From: a virus
Lineage: Duplodnaviria > Heunggongvirae > Uroviricota > Caudoviricetes
Direction: 5' to 3' (one strand)
Virus record (IMG/VR): IMGVR_UViG_3300031718_000177
Length of the DNA: 20,430 nt
In this document: positions 8,901-16,055 of the stretch, in pieces
How the letters are laid out: every line of letters begins with the position of its first letter
How positions within the stretch are numbered: position 1 is the stretch's first letter
Notes under the pieces: model-generated
Seen by the model: the letters and a program-made list of their open reading frames with translations, nothing else
Told to the model about the DNA's origin: nothing
The model's database searches: none
Program-made: the position numbers and the translations under genes

Positions 8901-9878
8901 TCAAAAGATTGCTGGCGACTTCGGCTTAAGAATGAAGTCAACAGTTTCTACGCTTAGGTATTTGTTGAAATCGTCATCATATTTGTAGTGTTTCGCTATT
9001 CTATCGTGGATTTCTTTTTTGTGGAAAAAGTTCTCCGGTTTAGATGTGGTTACATATTCGCTTTCAATTCCTAGGTTTACGTCCTTAAACCAGTCGTGGT
9101 AAGTTTCCAGAGGATGAGTAACAGGTAGAACGATCATTGGCGGTTGATATCCAAGTCGTGTCAATTCAACATCATCGAAAATCAAGTGGGCAAATGCCTT
9201 GTTCAATCCGCACTTGTGAAGATGGGCTCCGTGTCTTGAACACCACGGATGTGATTTCACTACAATTTTGCCGTCAAGAGCTAATACATTCTTTATTTTG
9301 TACAGTGCCTCTTGGGGCGTCTCATTCTCGCAATGATCCAATACGTCAAAAAGAAGTACGATGTCATATGGAGCGTTTTCTGCTACCGCATTCCAATCAG
9401 TTGTAAGTAAGCAATTTTCCTCTAATTCTACTCTATCCCACTTATCTTCTATAATATCAAATCCGATCGATTTTGTTGGCTTTTGTTTCATTGCGCTAGT
9501 AACCACTCTGCCTTCCCCGCATCCGAAATCTAGAAAACTCAAATCTTTAAGATAATCAGTTACTACGAATTGAATAATTGATTCTGCCAATGTCTCCTTT
9601 GCTTCTTCTGTCTCGGCTAACACTGACGGCTCGACAGCTAAAGGCCAATTCATTCCCTCCAGGGATTCACGCAAGATTTGGAACTCGTCGGCGTACTCCA
9701 TGTGATAATCCCCCAGCGACCGTTTCAATTGCCGCAATTCTTCCATCATTTGATGATATACACTTTGCTCCCGAAGTTCGTCTCTTATCTCGCGTAGCAA
9801 CTTTACAGTCATTTCTTGATGCTGCAACTGACTTTCTACTTGTGCTATCTTTACTGCTAGTTCTTCTTGGTTAAACAT
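8901..9878 (-). CDS. Class I SAM-dependent methyltransferase, paralog 3 of 3, with N-terminal coiled coil
   Basis: FLDFGCGEG, IGFDI, YDIVLLFDVLDH, HPWCSRHGAH; heptad-rich N-terminus. Confidence 0.85.
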   Translation of the reverse strand: MFNQEELAVKIAQVESQLQHQEMTVKLLREIRDELREQSVYHQMMEELRQLKRSLGDYHMEYADEFQILRESLEGMNWPLAVEPSVLAETEEAKETLAESIIQFVVTDYLKDLSFLDFGCGEGRVVTSAMKQKPTKSIGFDIIEDKWDRVELEENCLLTTDWNAVAENAPYDIVLLFDVLDHCENETPQEALYKIKNVLALDGKIVVKSHPWCSRHGAHLHKCGLNKAFAHLIFDDVELTRLGYQPPMIVLPVTHPLETYHDWFKDVNLGIESEYVTTSKPENFFHKKEIHDRIAKHYKYDDDFNKYLSVETVDFILKPKSPAIF

Positions 9879-9894
9879 ACTAGATTAATAGAGT

Positions 9895-10719
9895 ATGGTT
9901 AAGCCACTTTTTAGATGGACTGTCGGGGACGTTTCGTGGCAGGGCTTGGAAATACTTGCCGAGTCGATTGAAATGGCTCTTTCTATCTACGGCGACAGGT
10001 TTGATTTCCTAGTTTGCTATAATTCGCTGGAAGATAAAGAAGATGACAAACGACTAGATTTCATTAGAAGTATGATATACGGCAAACCAATTACGTTGAG
10101 GGAATCAAAGTGGGAAGAATGTTGTTTACCAGATGTATGCGGCAATTCTAGAAAGCCAGATGGCACATTTGAGAAAAACGGCAATTTCGCTCACGGCACG
10201 TTATGGAAATTAGCTCCGGCAAAATTAGACATTGATAGACACGAAATCATTATGGATAATGATATTATCATATTAAAGCAGATACCAATTATAGAGGAGT
10301 GGTTAGAGCAAGATGAAAAAGTGCTAGTGCTCAATGAGCATATCAAGTTTTACGGAAGATATACGCCTTTTTTTGACCCTAGTTTACCCCCATATAATAG
10401 CGGATTAATGGGATTACCACCTAATTTAGATTTCGGTGCTGAAGTGCGAGGATTTTGGTCAAAATATACAGATGAAAAACATGAGCCATTTTTCAATCTA
10501 AGCCATGCGGAGGAACAAGCTTGCTGTGTTGGAACTTTGATAAACTTGCCTCACTTTGTTATTGATAAAAAATATGTAAGAGAAGTTCTCGCAGAGCATA
10601 AAGGAGTCCATATAACGGGGCAGGAATATGCTATTCACATGGCTCAGGCGAATCGTATCGAACCGCACTGGGCGTGGCTCGAATACCAAGAAATCAAAAA
10701 AAAATATGCAATATTTTGA
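9895..10719 (+). CDS. Nucleotide-sugar transferase-like protein (GT-A, GT8-like); paralog of 19556..20254
   Basis: KPLFRWT, LWKLAP, HEIIMDNDII (DxD), YNSGLMGLPP, EEQA. Confidence 0.65.
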   Translation: MVKPLFRWTVGDVSWQGLEILAESIEMALSIYGDRFDFLVCYNSLEDKEDDKRLDFIRSMIYGKPITLRESKWEECCLPDVCGNSRKPDGTFEKNGNFAHGTLWKLAPAKLDIDRHEIIMDNDIIILKQIPIIEEWLEQDEKVLVLNEHIKFYGRYTPFFDPSLPPYNSGLMGLPPNLDFGAEVRGFWSKYTDEKHEPFFNLSHAEEQACCVGTLINLPHFVIDKKYVREVLAEHKGVHITGQEYAIHMAQANRIEPHWAWLEYQEIKKKYAIF

Positions 10720-10751
10720 GAAAATTGTTCCAGCAACACTATATATAATGT

Positions 10752-10898
10752 ATGAGCAAAGAGAACAAAGAAAAAGACATGCTGATAAGGGTGCAACCTT
10801 CGCTATTTAAGCAATTTAAGGAGAAATGCGAAGAAAACTACCGGTCAATTAGCGATGTTATCCGAACTTTTATGAAAGATTATGTGGATAAAAAATAG
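10752..10898 (+). CDS. Ribbon-helix-helix (CopG/Arc/MetJ-like) DNA-binding protein, 48 aa; not in the ORF track
   Basis: MSKENKEKDMLIRVQPSLFKQFKEKCEENYRSISDVIRTFMKDYVDKK*: beta strand MLIRV, helix A, then SISDVIR helix B. Stops 2 nt before the endonuclease ATG. Confidence 0.8.
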   Translation: MSKENKEKDMLIRVQPSLFKQFKEKCEENYRSISDVIRTFMKDYVDKK

Positions 10899-10900
10899 AA

Positions 10901-11962
10901 ATGATATTAGAAGTTAATTTCCAAAATTGTTGTATGTCGCAAAAAATATTATGTAAATGCGATTACTGTGGAAAGAAATTTCCTAGGACCAAACATAGCA
11001 TTATTCGATCTCATCTCATAACAGAATCGGATAGTTGCGGCAGCAAAAGGTGTAAAACAAAAAAGAGAGAGGAATCTAATTTAAAAGTTTATGGAGAAAA
11101 ATATCCTACTCGTAACAACACTCTTCCTTATGCTGATGTGTATTTAACAGATGTACAAAAATCTATTATATGTGGTTCCTTATTAGGTGATGCCTCTATT
11201 ACTAGGGGAGCATTAAATCATAATTGTAGGTTCACCAAAACTCATTCTATGAAACAGAAAAATTATCTGATTCACATAGCCAATGAATTAAAACCATTTA
11301 CAAGTTATACAAAAGAAGGATATAGCTCTGCAAAAGGAAAGAAATATGAAAAGATACAACTCTCTACTTTTTCTCATCCAATATTCACTGAACTATATAA
11401 AATATGGTACAATTCAAAAGGGACTAAGATAGTTCCAAAAGATATACGACTAGACCCACTATCTGTTGCTGTATGGTTCTGCGATGATGGTAGTCAGGAT
11501 GAAAGTAGAAACTTTACATTTCACACAAATGCGTTCTCCAAAAAAGAATGTCAAATTCTAGTTAATCAATTATCTTCATTTGGTATAAGTTCTTATATTT
11601 ACTTAAAAAGCAATAAATATTATGTTATTAAAGTTCGCAGCGAATCATATGATTGTTTTATTGATTTAATTTCGCCTTTTGTACATGATTATATCAAATA
11701 TAAAATTAAAAGAAAAATTAAAAAAATCTTTGATCCATCTTTATGCGATGGGGGTCTTGGAACTTTTTTTGAAGAAACAAAGAAGGAATGGCGTTCTTCA
11801 ATTTGTATAAATTATAAAACAATCCATTTAGGACGCTATTCAACGCAAGATCAAGCCATTGCAATTCGCAAACTCGCAGTAGAAATAAGAGCATCCGGCG
11901 AAACAAATCCAGAAAAGTTCAAAGAACTTAGACGGACTTTCCAGAAATCACTGCGACAATGA
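10901..11962 (+). CDS. Free-standing LAGLIDADG (LAGLIDADG_2-type) homing endonuclease with N-terminal Zn-binding region and C-terminal AP2-like domain
   Basis: IICGSLLGDASI and SVAVWFCDDG motifs; CKCDYCGK...CGSKRC; KEWRSSICINYKTIHLGRYSTQDQAIAIR (AP2-like). Confidence 0.85.
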   Translation: MILEVNFQNCCMSQKILCKCDYCGKKFPRTKHSIIRSHLITESDSCGSKRCKTKKREESNLKVYGEKYPTRNNTLPYADVYLTDVQKSIICGSLLGDASITRGALNHNCRFTKTHSMKQKNYLIHIANELKPFTSYTKEGYSSAKGKKYEKIQLSTFSHPIFTELYKIWYNSKGTKIVPKDIRLDPLSVAVWFCDDGSQDESRNFTFHTNAFSKKECQILVNQLSSFGISSYIYLKSNKYYVIKVRSESYDCFIDLISPFVHDYIKYKIKRKIKKIFDPSLCDGGLGTFFEETKKEWRSSICINYKTIHLGRYSTQDQAIAIRKLAVEIRASGETNPEKFKELRRTFQKSLRQ

Positions 11963-12720
11963 AAGAACTTTCTATCCTCTACATGCAACGTGCGGGCGGC
12001 CACGCTATAGCAAACTGGCTTACTAACCAACTTCCAACAACTAACTATGTTTTTATCAACAATATCTTTCACTATGATAACCGCCTTCTTTTCAATAAGC
12101 CGCTCGTAAAAAATAACACAGAATATCTAATTTACACAATAGAAGACATGTCTATCGGGCAAGCAGAAAAAACCAAACAACGACTTTTATATAAACATAA
12201 TTCAGATAAACTTAACGTACTAATTATTCGCGACCCTTACAATTTATTTGCTAGTAGGTACGCGAGGCAAATAGGCGAAACAAACCCAATTACAGGCGAA
12301 AAGCAACCCGAAAGTATAAAGTCCTGTAATTGGAGTCCTCTCAAAACTTGGACTGGTAAAAGTGCTATTGATTGTTGGCGTAATCACGCACAAGAAGCCC
12401 TCTCGCATTTCAATATAGATTTATGTATTTTCTACAACCGATGGATACAAGACAAATCTTACCGGCAACAGACAGCCAAAGATTTAGGACTTAATTTTAC
12501 AGATAGAGGAATAGATGAGGTAAGCACACATGGCGAAGGGAGTAGTTTTGATGGACTAACTTACCAAGGAAAAGCGTCAGAAATGGCAGTAGATACTAGG
12601 TGGAAAAAGTATAAATATGACTCTTATTTTTGCTCATTGTTTGATGACAGAATACATACACTCGCACAAATGCTATTCGGATTTAACTATAAGTCAGAAT
12701 TATCCAACGTAGCTATGTGA
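11959..12720 (+). CDS. Sulfotransferase-like protein (PAPS-binding P-loop fold)
   Basis: MQRAGGHAIANWL (5'-PSB-like) and LIIRDPYNLFASR (3'-PB-like); ATGA overlap with the upstream gene. Confidence 0.65.
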   Translation: MKELSILYMQRAGGHAIANWLTNQLPTTNYVFINNIFHYDNRLLFNKPLVKNNTEYLIYTIEDMSIGQAEKTKQRLLYKHNSDKLNVLIIRDPYNLFASRYARQIGETNPITGEKQPESIKSCNWSPLKTWTGKSAIDCWRNHAQEALSHFNIDLCIFYNRWIQDKSYRQQTAKDLGLNFTDRGIDEVSTHGEGSSFDGLTYQGKASEMAVDTRWKKYKYDSYFCSLFDDRIHTLAQMLFGFNYKSELSNVAM

Positions 12721-13205
12721 GACAAATTACGGTACTTACCATTGTAATCTAATCCATAACCCACTACAAATACCTCTGGAATCTTAAAGCCAAAATAATG
12801 CGGCTCTATATCTATCAGTCGGTCGATTTCTTTCCACAATAACACGACACTACTAATGCTAGATGCTCCTTCGTCCTTGATGTAATCAGTGATACGCTCC
12901 AAAGTTTTACCCGTATCAAATATATCATCTACTATGAGAACATCACGTTTGTAAATATCTGGTGAGTGTGCGTCAAGCGGAATCAAAACATTTCCGGTTG
13001 CTTTTGTGCCATTATAGCTTGATGCCCGAATTAAATCGACATGTAGAGGAACATCAATATGCCGTATAAGGTCAGCCAAGAAAACTACACTGCCTGTTAG
13101 AACACCCAGAATAGTTAGGGAACTATCTCGATAGTCGTTAGAGATTTCCGACCCCAATCTAGCTATCGTACTCTTAATTTCAGATTCTTTAATGAGTAGT
13201 TTCAT
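12687..13205 (-). CDS. hpt: Hypoxanthine phosphoribosyltransferase
   Basis: GVLTGSVVFLADLIR, RASSY, VLIVDDIFDTGKTL (PRPP-binding loop), FVVGYGLDY. Confidence 0.93.
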   Translation of the reverse strand: MKLLIKESEIKSTIARLGSEISNDYRDSSLTILGVLTGSVVFLADLIRHIDVPLHVDLIRASSYNGTKATGNVLIPLDAHSPDIYKRDVLIVDDIFDTGKTLERITDYIKDEGASSISSVVLLWKEIDRLIDIEPHYFGFKIPEVFVVGYGLDYNGKYRNLSHIATLDNSDL

Positions 13206-13215
13206 ATTATCCTAC

Positions 13216-13256
13216 AAAAAAACACGGCAACAGTTTAGGGCCGTTACCGTGTTTTT
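13216..13256 (-). terminator. Intrinsic terminator-like hairpin about 10 nt upstream of the hpt start
   Basis: Minus strand: AAAAACACGGTAAC-ggccctaaact-GTTGCCGTG-TTTTTTT. T-runs on both strands, so it may act in both directions. Confidence 0.7.
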
Positions 13257-13288
13257 GGGGGCCGTGCCAGTCAGAGACCAGCGGCAAA

Positions 13289-13413
13289 TCCACCATCCTA
13301 TTTTTAAATTGGTTAGGAATCCAATAGAAGGCAGGTCTTACCCCACCCTTCCGCCATCCTGTTTGTTAAACGGGTTAGGAATCCCGTGGTAGCGTTACCG
13401 CCCACCCCACCCT
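13289..13413 (-). ncRNA. Tandem two-unit structured RNA candidate (hairpin plus H-type pseudoknot per unit; 64 and 61 nt)
   Basis: Units AGGGTGGGGT...ACGGG-ATTCCTAA-CCCGT-TTAACAAAC-AGGATGGCGGA and AGGGTGGGGT...ATTGG-ATTCCTAA-CCAAT-TTAAAAAT-AGGATGGTGGA. Compensatory stem changes; loop TCCT is complementary to downstream AGGA. Confidence 0.6.
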
Positions 13414-13440
13414 ATTACTAAGGACAACTATATATCAACC

Positions 13441-13484
13441 GAGACGCATCTTTTACCATTAAGTAAAATTGCTGTTCGCGTCTC
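13441..13484 (-). ncRNA. ACAGCA stem-loop motif, copy C
   Basis: GAGACGC-gaACAGCAaTT-ttacttaatggtaaaagat-GCGTCTC. Confidence 0.6.
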
Positions 13485-13492
13485 TCGTTGTT

Positions 13493-13645
13493 TCAATGTT
13501 TCTTGTTTTTCCTTGCGGCTTCCTCGGTAAACTCACGCGGGGTCTTTGGTGTATTCCTCGGTTTACCATTTTTAAGGTCATCAATAACTTTCCTAAGTTC
13601 CTTTGCTCGTTTCTCTTGTGCTTCTTTATCTGATTTTTTTGTCAT
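13493..13645 (-). CDS. Small basic hypothetical protein (50 aa); not in the ORF track
   Basis: GGAG RBS, then MTKKSDKEAQEKRAKELRKVIDDLKNGKPRNTPKTPREFTEEAARKNKKH*. Confidence 0.65.
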   Translation of the reverse strand: MTKKSDKEAQEKRAKELRKVIDDLKNGKPRNTPKTPREFTEEAARKNKKH

Positions 13646-13656
13646 TGTTTTCTCCG

Positions 13657-13815
13657 TCATCCCTTAAACAGTATAGCAGCTTGTACGATAAGAAGAACCA
13701 ATCCAAATCCTCCGCATATATTGGTAGCGGGGTAATTGTAGTGTTCTATAATAGTTGCTACTGTAATTAGTGAGATGCCACCAATACCGAGAACAAAGTA
13801 CCGGAAAGTTTGCAT
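13657..13815 (-). CDS. Small membrane protein with two TM segments (52 aa); not in the ORF track
   Basis: MQTFRYFVLGIGGISLITVATIIEHYNYPATNICGGFGLVLLIVQAAILFKG*; fits between motif copy B and the 50-aa ORF. Confidence 0.6.
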   Translation of the reverse strand: MQTFRYFVLGIGGISLITVATIIEHYNYPATNICGGFGLVLLIVQAAILFKG

Positions 13816-13828
13816 CACAAAAATCCAC

Positions 13829-13878
13829 GAAACACCAGATTAACAACAAAATGTTTTTGGAATTGCTGTAGGTGTTTC
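13829..13878 (-). ncRNA. ACAGCA stem-loop motif, copy B
   Basis: GAAACAC-ctACAGCAaTT-ccaaaaacattttgttgttaatctg-GTGTTTC. Confidence 0.6.
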
Positions 13879-13886
13879 TTTGGTTC

Positions 13887-14150
13887 CTAAGTTATTCCTT
13901 GTTGACCACATTGAGGACAAGTTAATTCATCTGGGCAATCCGTCGCACGTTTAACTGCCTCTTTCAGCCACTTCTTTTCGTTTAATTGAGAAAAATAATT
14001 GGCAGCACTTGGTTCTACACTAGCAGTAAGATTTCCATCCTTATCTTTGCGTATCTCAAACTCAACATCCTCCAATAATCTATCGCCAAAAGCGTACCCA
14101 TCAATCAATGCATATCCTTGTTGACCACAAGTAGGGCAATTAAAAGACAT
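13887..14150 (-). CDS. Small zinc-ribbon-like protein (87 aa)
   Basis: CPTCGQQG at the N-terminus and CPQCGQQG at the C-terminus; AAGGA RBS. Confidence 0.7.
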   Translation of the reverse strand: MSFNCPTCGQQGYALIDGYAFGDRLLEDVEFEIRKDKDGNLTASVEPSAANYFSQLNEKKWLKEAVKRATDCPDELTCPQCGQQGIT

Positions 14151-14152
14151 CG

Positions 14153-14245
14153 TTATTTCCTTCTAGGGGGGCAAGTCCGTATTTTAATTGGATGCCCGTC
14201 CTGCCATATTATTTTGATTTCCTGTTCAATAACGCTCCACCACAT
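14153..14245 (-). CDS. Possible 30-aa peptide, translationally coupled to the DUF2828 gene
   Basis: TAATG stop/start overlap; MWWSVIEQEIKIIWQDGHPIKIRTCPPRRK*; ends 2 nt before the next ATG. Confidence 0.35.
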   Translation of the reverse strand: MWWSVIEQEIKIIWQDGHPIKIRTCPPRRK

Positions 14246-15954
14246 TATACCTCTTCTCCTGCCTTTGCATATTCCTTTTCAAGTACTTTTACTTCATCGT
14301 AGGATATACTTTCGTCATTGTTTATAAGTCCGAATATGGGCTGACTCAAAAAGTTCTTCATCCCTGAAATTGGGGTTTCATCTACCTTTTCCTTGGCAAC
14401 AAAATCCTTTGGCTTCTCGGTATCGGTCGTGCTTAATCCCATAAGTGCCTTCAAGTTCACCGGGTCAAAGCCGCCTATGATATAGACGCCCTTATCGTTC
14501 ATTTGTGCGGGGAAATCAGTGCCAGCACCATTGACAAACCACCAGATAATACGCATCTCATTTAAGCCAACAGAGTTTAATTTCTCCATCGCAGCTTCAT
14601 AATTAGTTTGAGCATTATCGCCAACTGGGTTAAACTGCATATCACTAACAACAAGTAATGTCTCAGGATATTGATCCAATGAAATCTCAGGATGTTCCCT
14701 ACGAACTTTAACCAGTAAATCTATGACGGACTGGAAGTTAGTAGAACCCATAGCGTTAAGCCCACTAACTTGCTGAACTCGCTCACTAAAGCCGCCTTCA
14801 AGTTTAACTAAGTGACTGTGGCTACTAAAAGCAACCACTGTGTCCTTAAAATACCCTACATTCAAGGCACTGAAGACGAGTCCCATACTCAAACATACTT
14901 CAAGAGGCGTAACATCACCCATCATCTTGCCCCAACTCATAGAGCCGGATGTATCCAATGCACAGAGAACATTGCCTAGATTATGTTCCCGCATAGGAGC
15001 AAGCAGTGCCTCAAATTGCTTATCGAATATCATCCCTTGGATTAGACTTGGATTCTTGCTTGCCGCCCTAGTCAATTCATAAGGATAACCATTAAACTTG
15101 ATTGTCTTTTGACCTAATACCCATTCTCGCAAACGCTCTACTTGACCATGACGCTCAAATACTGTCTGGTTGTCCTTACCTTTACGGGATGTAAAACCAA
15201 GCATTGCCTTGCCGGGAATACCATTAAAATGAACCGACTCAAAATCTCCACGAGACATTTGCTTTTGAAATATGTGTCCAGTGCCAGAGGACTTCAACTT
15301 ACGGTATTCACCGTAACTTATACCCAGAAACTTACAAAGTCCCTTAGCCCAAGCGATACGCTTCTTATCCCTATCTGTACGAGCGTACTTAGCAGACCTA
15401 ATTTGAGGGAGATATTTCCTTAGAAGCTGGTCGCCTAGATTACGACTTACTAATTCATATACCTTGGTGCGATCCAGAGCATCTACCAAGGGCTCGGTAA
15501 TCAAATCCTTCCAACAACCGAAAACAGGGATTAGATGTAGATTGCGGTAGAGCATCTGCTCATACTGACGAACTCCACTAACAGCAAGCCATCTAATCGC
15601 CTTGTAGAACTCGTCTCTACGACCATAGCCGGTCTGTGTTTCATCAATACCCTTAACAGTGGGCTTTCGCGTAATAAGACGCAAACCAAAGATTATCGCC
15701 AACGCTACCGATTCGTCGTCGGCAAATATCTTCTCCATATCAGTATTGACTTCTTCCGGCTTACGACGAGCGTAAGTACCGGCCTTAGACCAGTAGTTTA
15801 GACAAGCACTAAGTTTATCAAAGCCAGTGGTAGCGTATGACTTAGCCCCATTCCAAGTAACCGCAGTAATAGCATTTTCATCAATGGAACGGTGATTTTG
15901 CGTGTATTCTTCGTCCATTAGAGCGTCTTTCGTACAAAAAGTCGGAACACGCAT
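14245..15954 (-). CDS. DUF2828-family / TROVE-like + vWA domain protein (Ro60/Rsr-related)
   Basis: GYGRRDEF, LIPVFGCWKDL, KYLPQ, YRKL, YPYEL helical region; vWA MIDAS ALDTSGSM, GSTNFQSV, LLVVSDMQF, IIWWFV. Confidence 0.8.
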   Translation of the reverse strand: MRVPTFCTKDALMDEEYTQNHRSIDENAITAVTWNGAKSYATTGFDKLSACLNYWSKAGTYARRKPEEVNTDMEKIFADDESVALAIIFGLRLITRKPTVKGIDETQTGYGRRDEFYKAIRWLAVSGVRQYEQMLYRNLHLIPVFGCWKDLITEPLVDALDRTKVYELVSRNLGDQLLRKYLPQIRSAKYARTDRDKKRIAWAKGLCKFLGISYGEYRKLKSSGTGHIFQKQMSRGDFESVHFNGIPGKAMLGFTSRKGKDNQTVFERHGQVERLREWVLGQKTIKFNGYPYELTRAASKNPSLIQGMIFDKQFEALLAPMREHNLGNVLCALDTSGSMSWGKMMGDVTPLEVCLSMGLVFSALNVGYFKDTVVAFSSHSHLVKLEGGFSERVQQVSGLNAMGSTNFQSVIDLLVKVRREHPEISLDQYPETLLVVSDMQFNPVGDNAQTNYEAAMEKLNSVGLNEMRIIWWFVNGAGTDFPAQMNDKGVYIIGGFDPVNLKALMGLSTTDTEKPKDFVAKEKVDETPISGMKNFLSQPIFGLINNDESISYDEVKVLEKEYAKAGEEV

Positions 15955-15992
15955 TGAAACATTTTTGTTTTGGGAAGTGCTGTTGGTGTTCC
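15944..15992 (-). promoter_or_regulatory. ACAGCA stem-loop motif, copy A: forms the whole 5' leader and encloses the ATG of the DUF2828 gene
   Basis: GGAACAC-caACAGCAcTT-cccaaaacaaaaatgtttcaATGc-GTGTTCC. Confidence 0.6.
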
Positions 15993-15999
15993 TGCGAAT

Positions 16000-16028
16000 A
16001 TCTTACGACAGGACGAGACGAATTTCAA
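16000..16028 (-). promoter_or_regulatory. Sigma70-like promoter TTGAAA-N17-TAAGAT
   Basis: Minus strand ttgaaa ttcgtctcgtcctgtcg taagat; predicted start at about 15993, at the base of motif copy A. Confidence 0.6.
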
Positions 16029-16055
16029 GTGAATTTTCGCTTTTAAGAGGAAATA

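Noticed and set aside
10901-11962. Endonuclease as part of an intein or group I intron
   Set aside because: It has its own start and stop, no intein splice motifs, no flanking non-coding intron core, and the neighbouring genes look intact.
13289-13413. Canonical preQ1-I riboswitch
   Set aside because: Similar size and A-rich tail, but the loop lacks the ligand-pairing C before the 3' stem, and the downstream gene is not queuosine-related.
13664-13849. 61-aa track ORF
   Set aside because: It starts inside RNA motif copy B. The alternative frame 13657..13815 gives an ATG-initiated two-TM protein.
13441-15992. CRISPR array or guide-like antisense pairing between the loops of motif copies A and B (AAACATTTTGTT versus AACAAAAATGTTT)
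   Set aside because: The copies are dispersed and non-identical, and no cas genes are present. The complementarity is largely explained by both loops being AACA/TGTT hairpins in low-complexity sequence.
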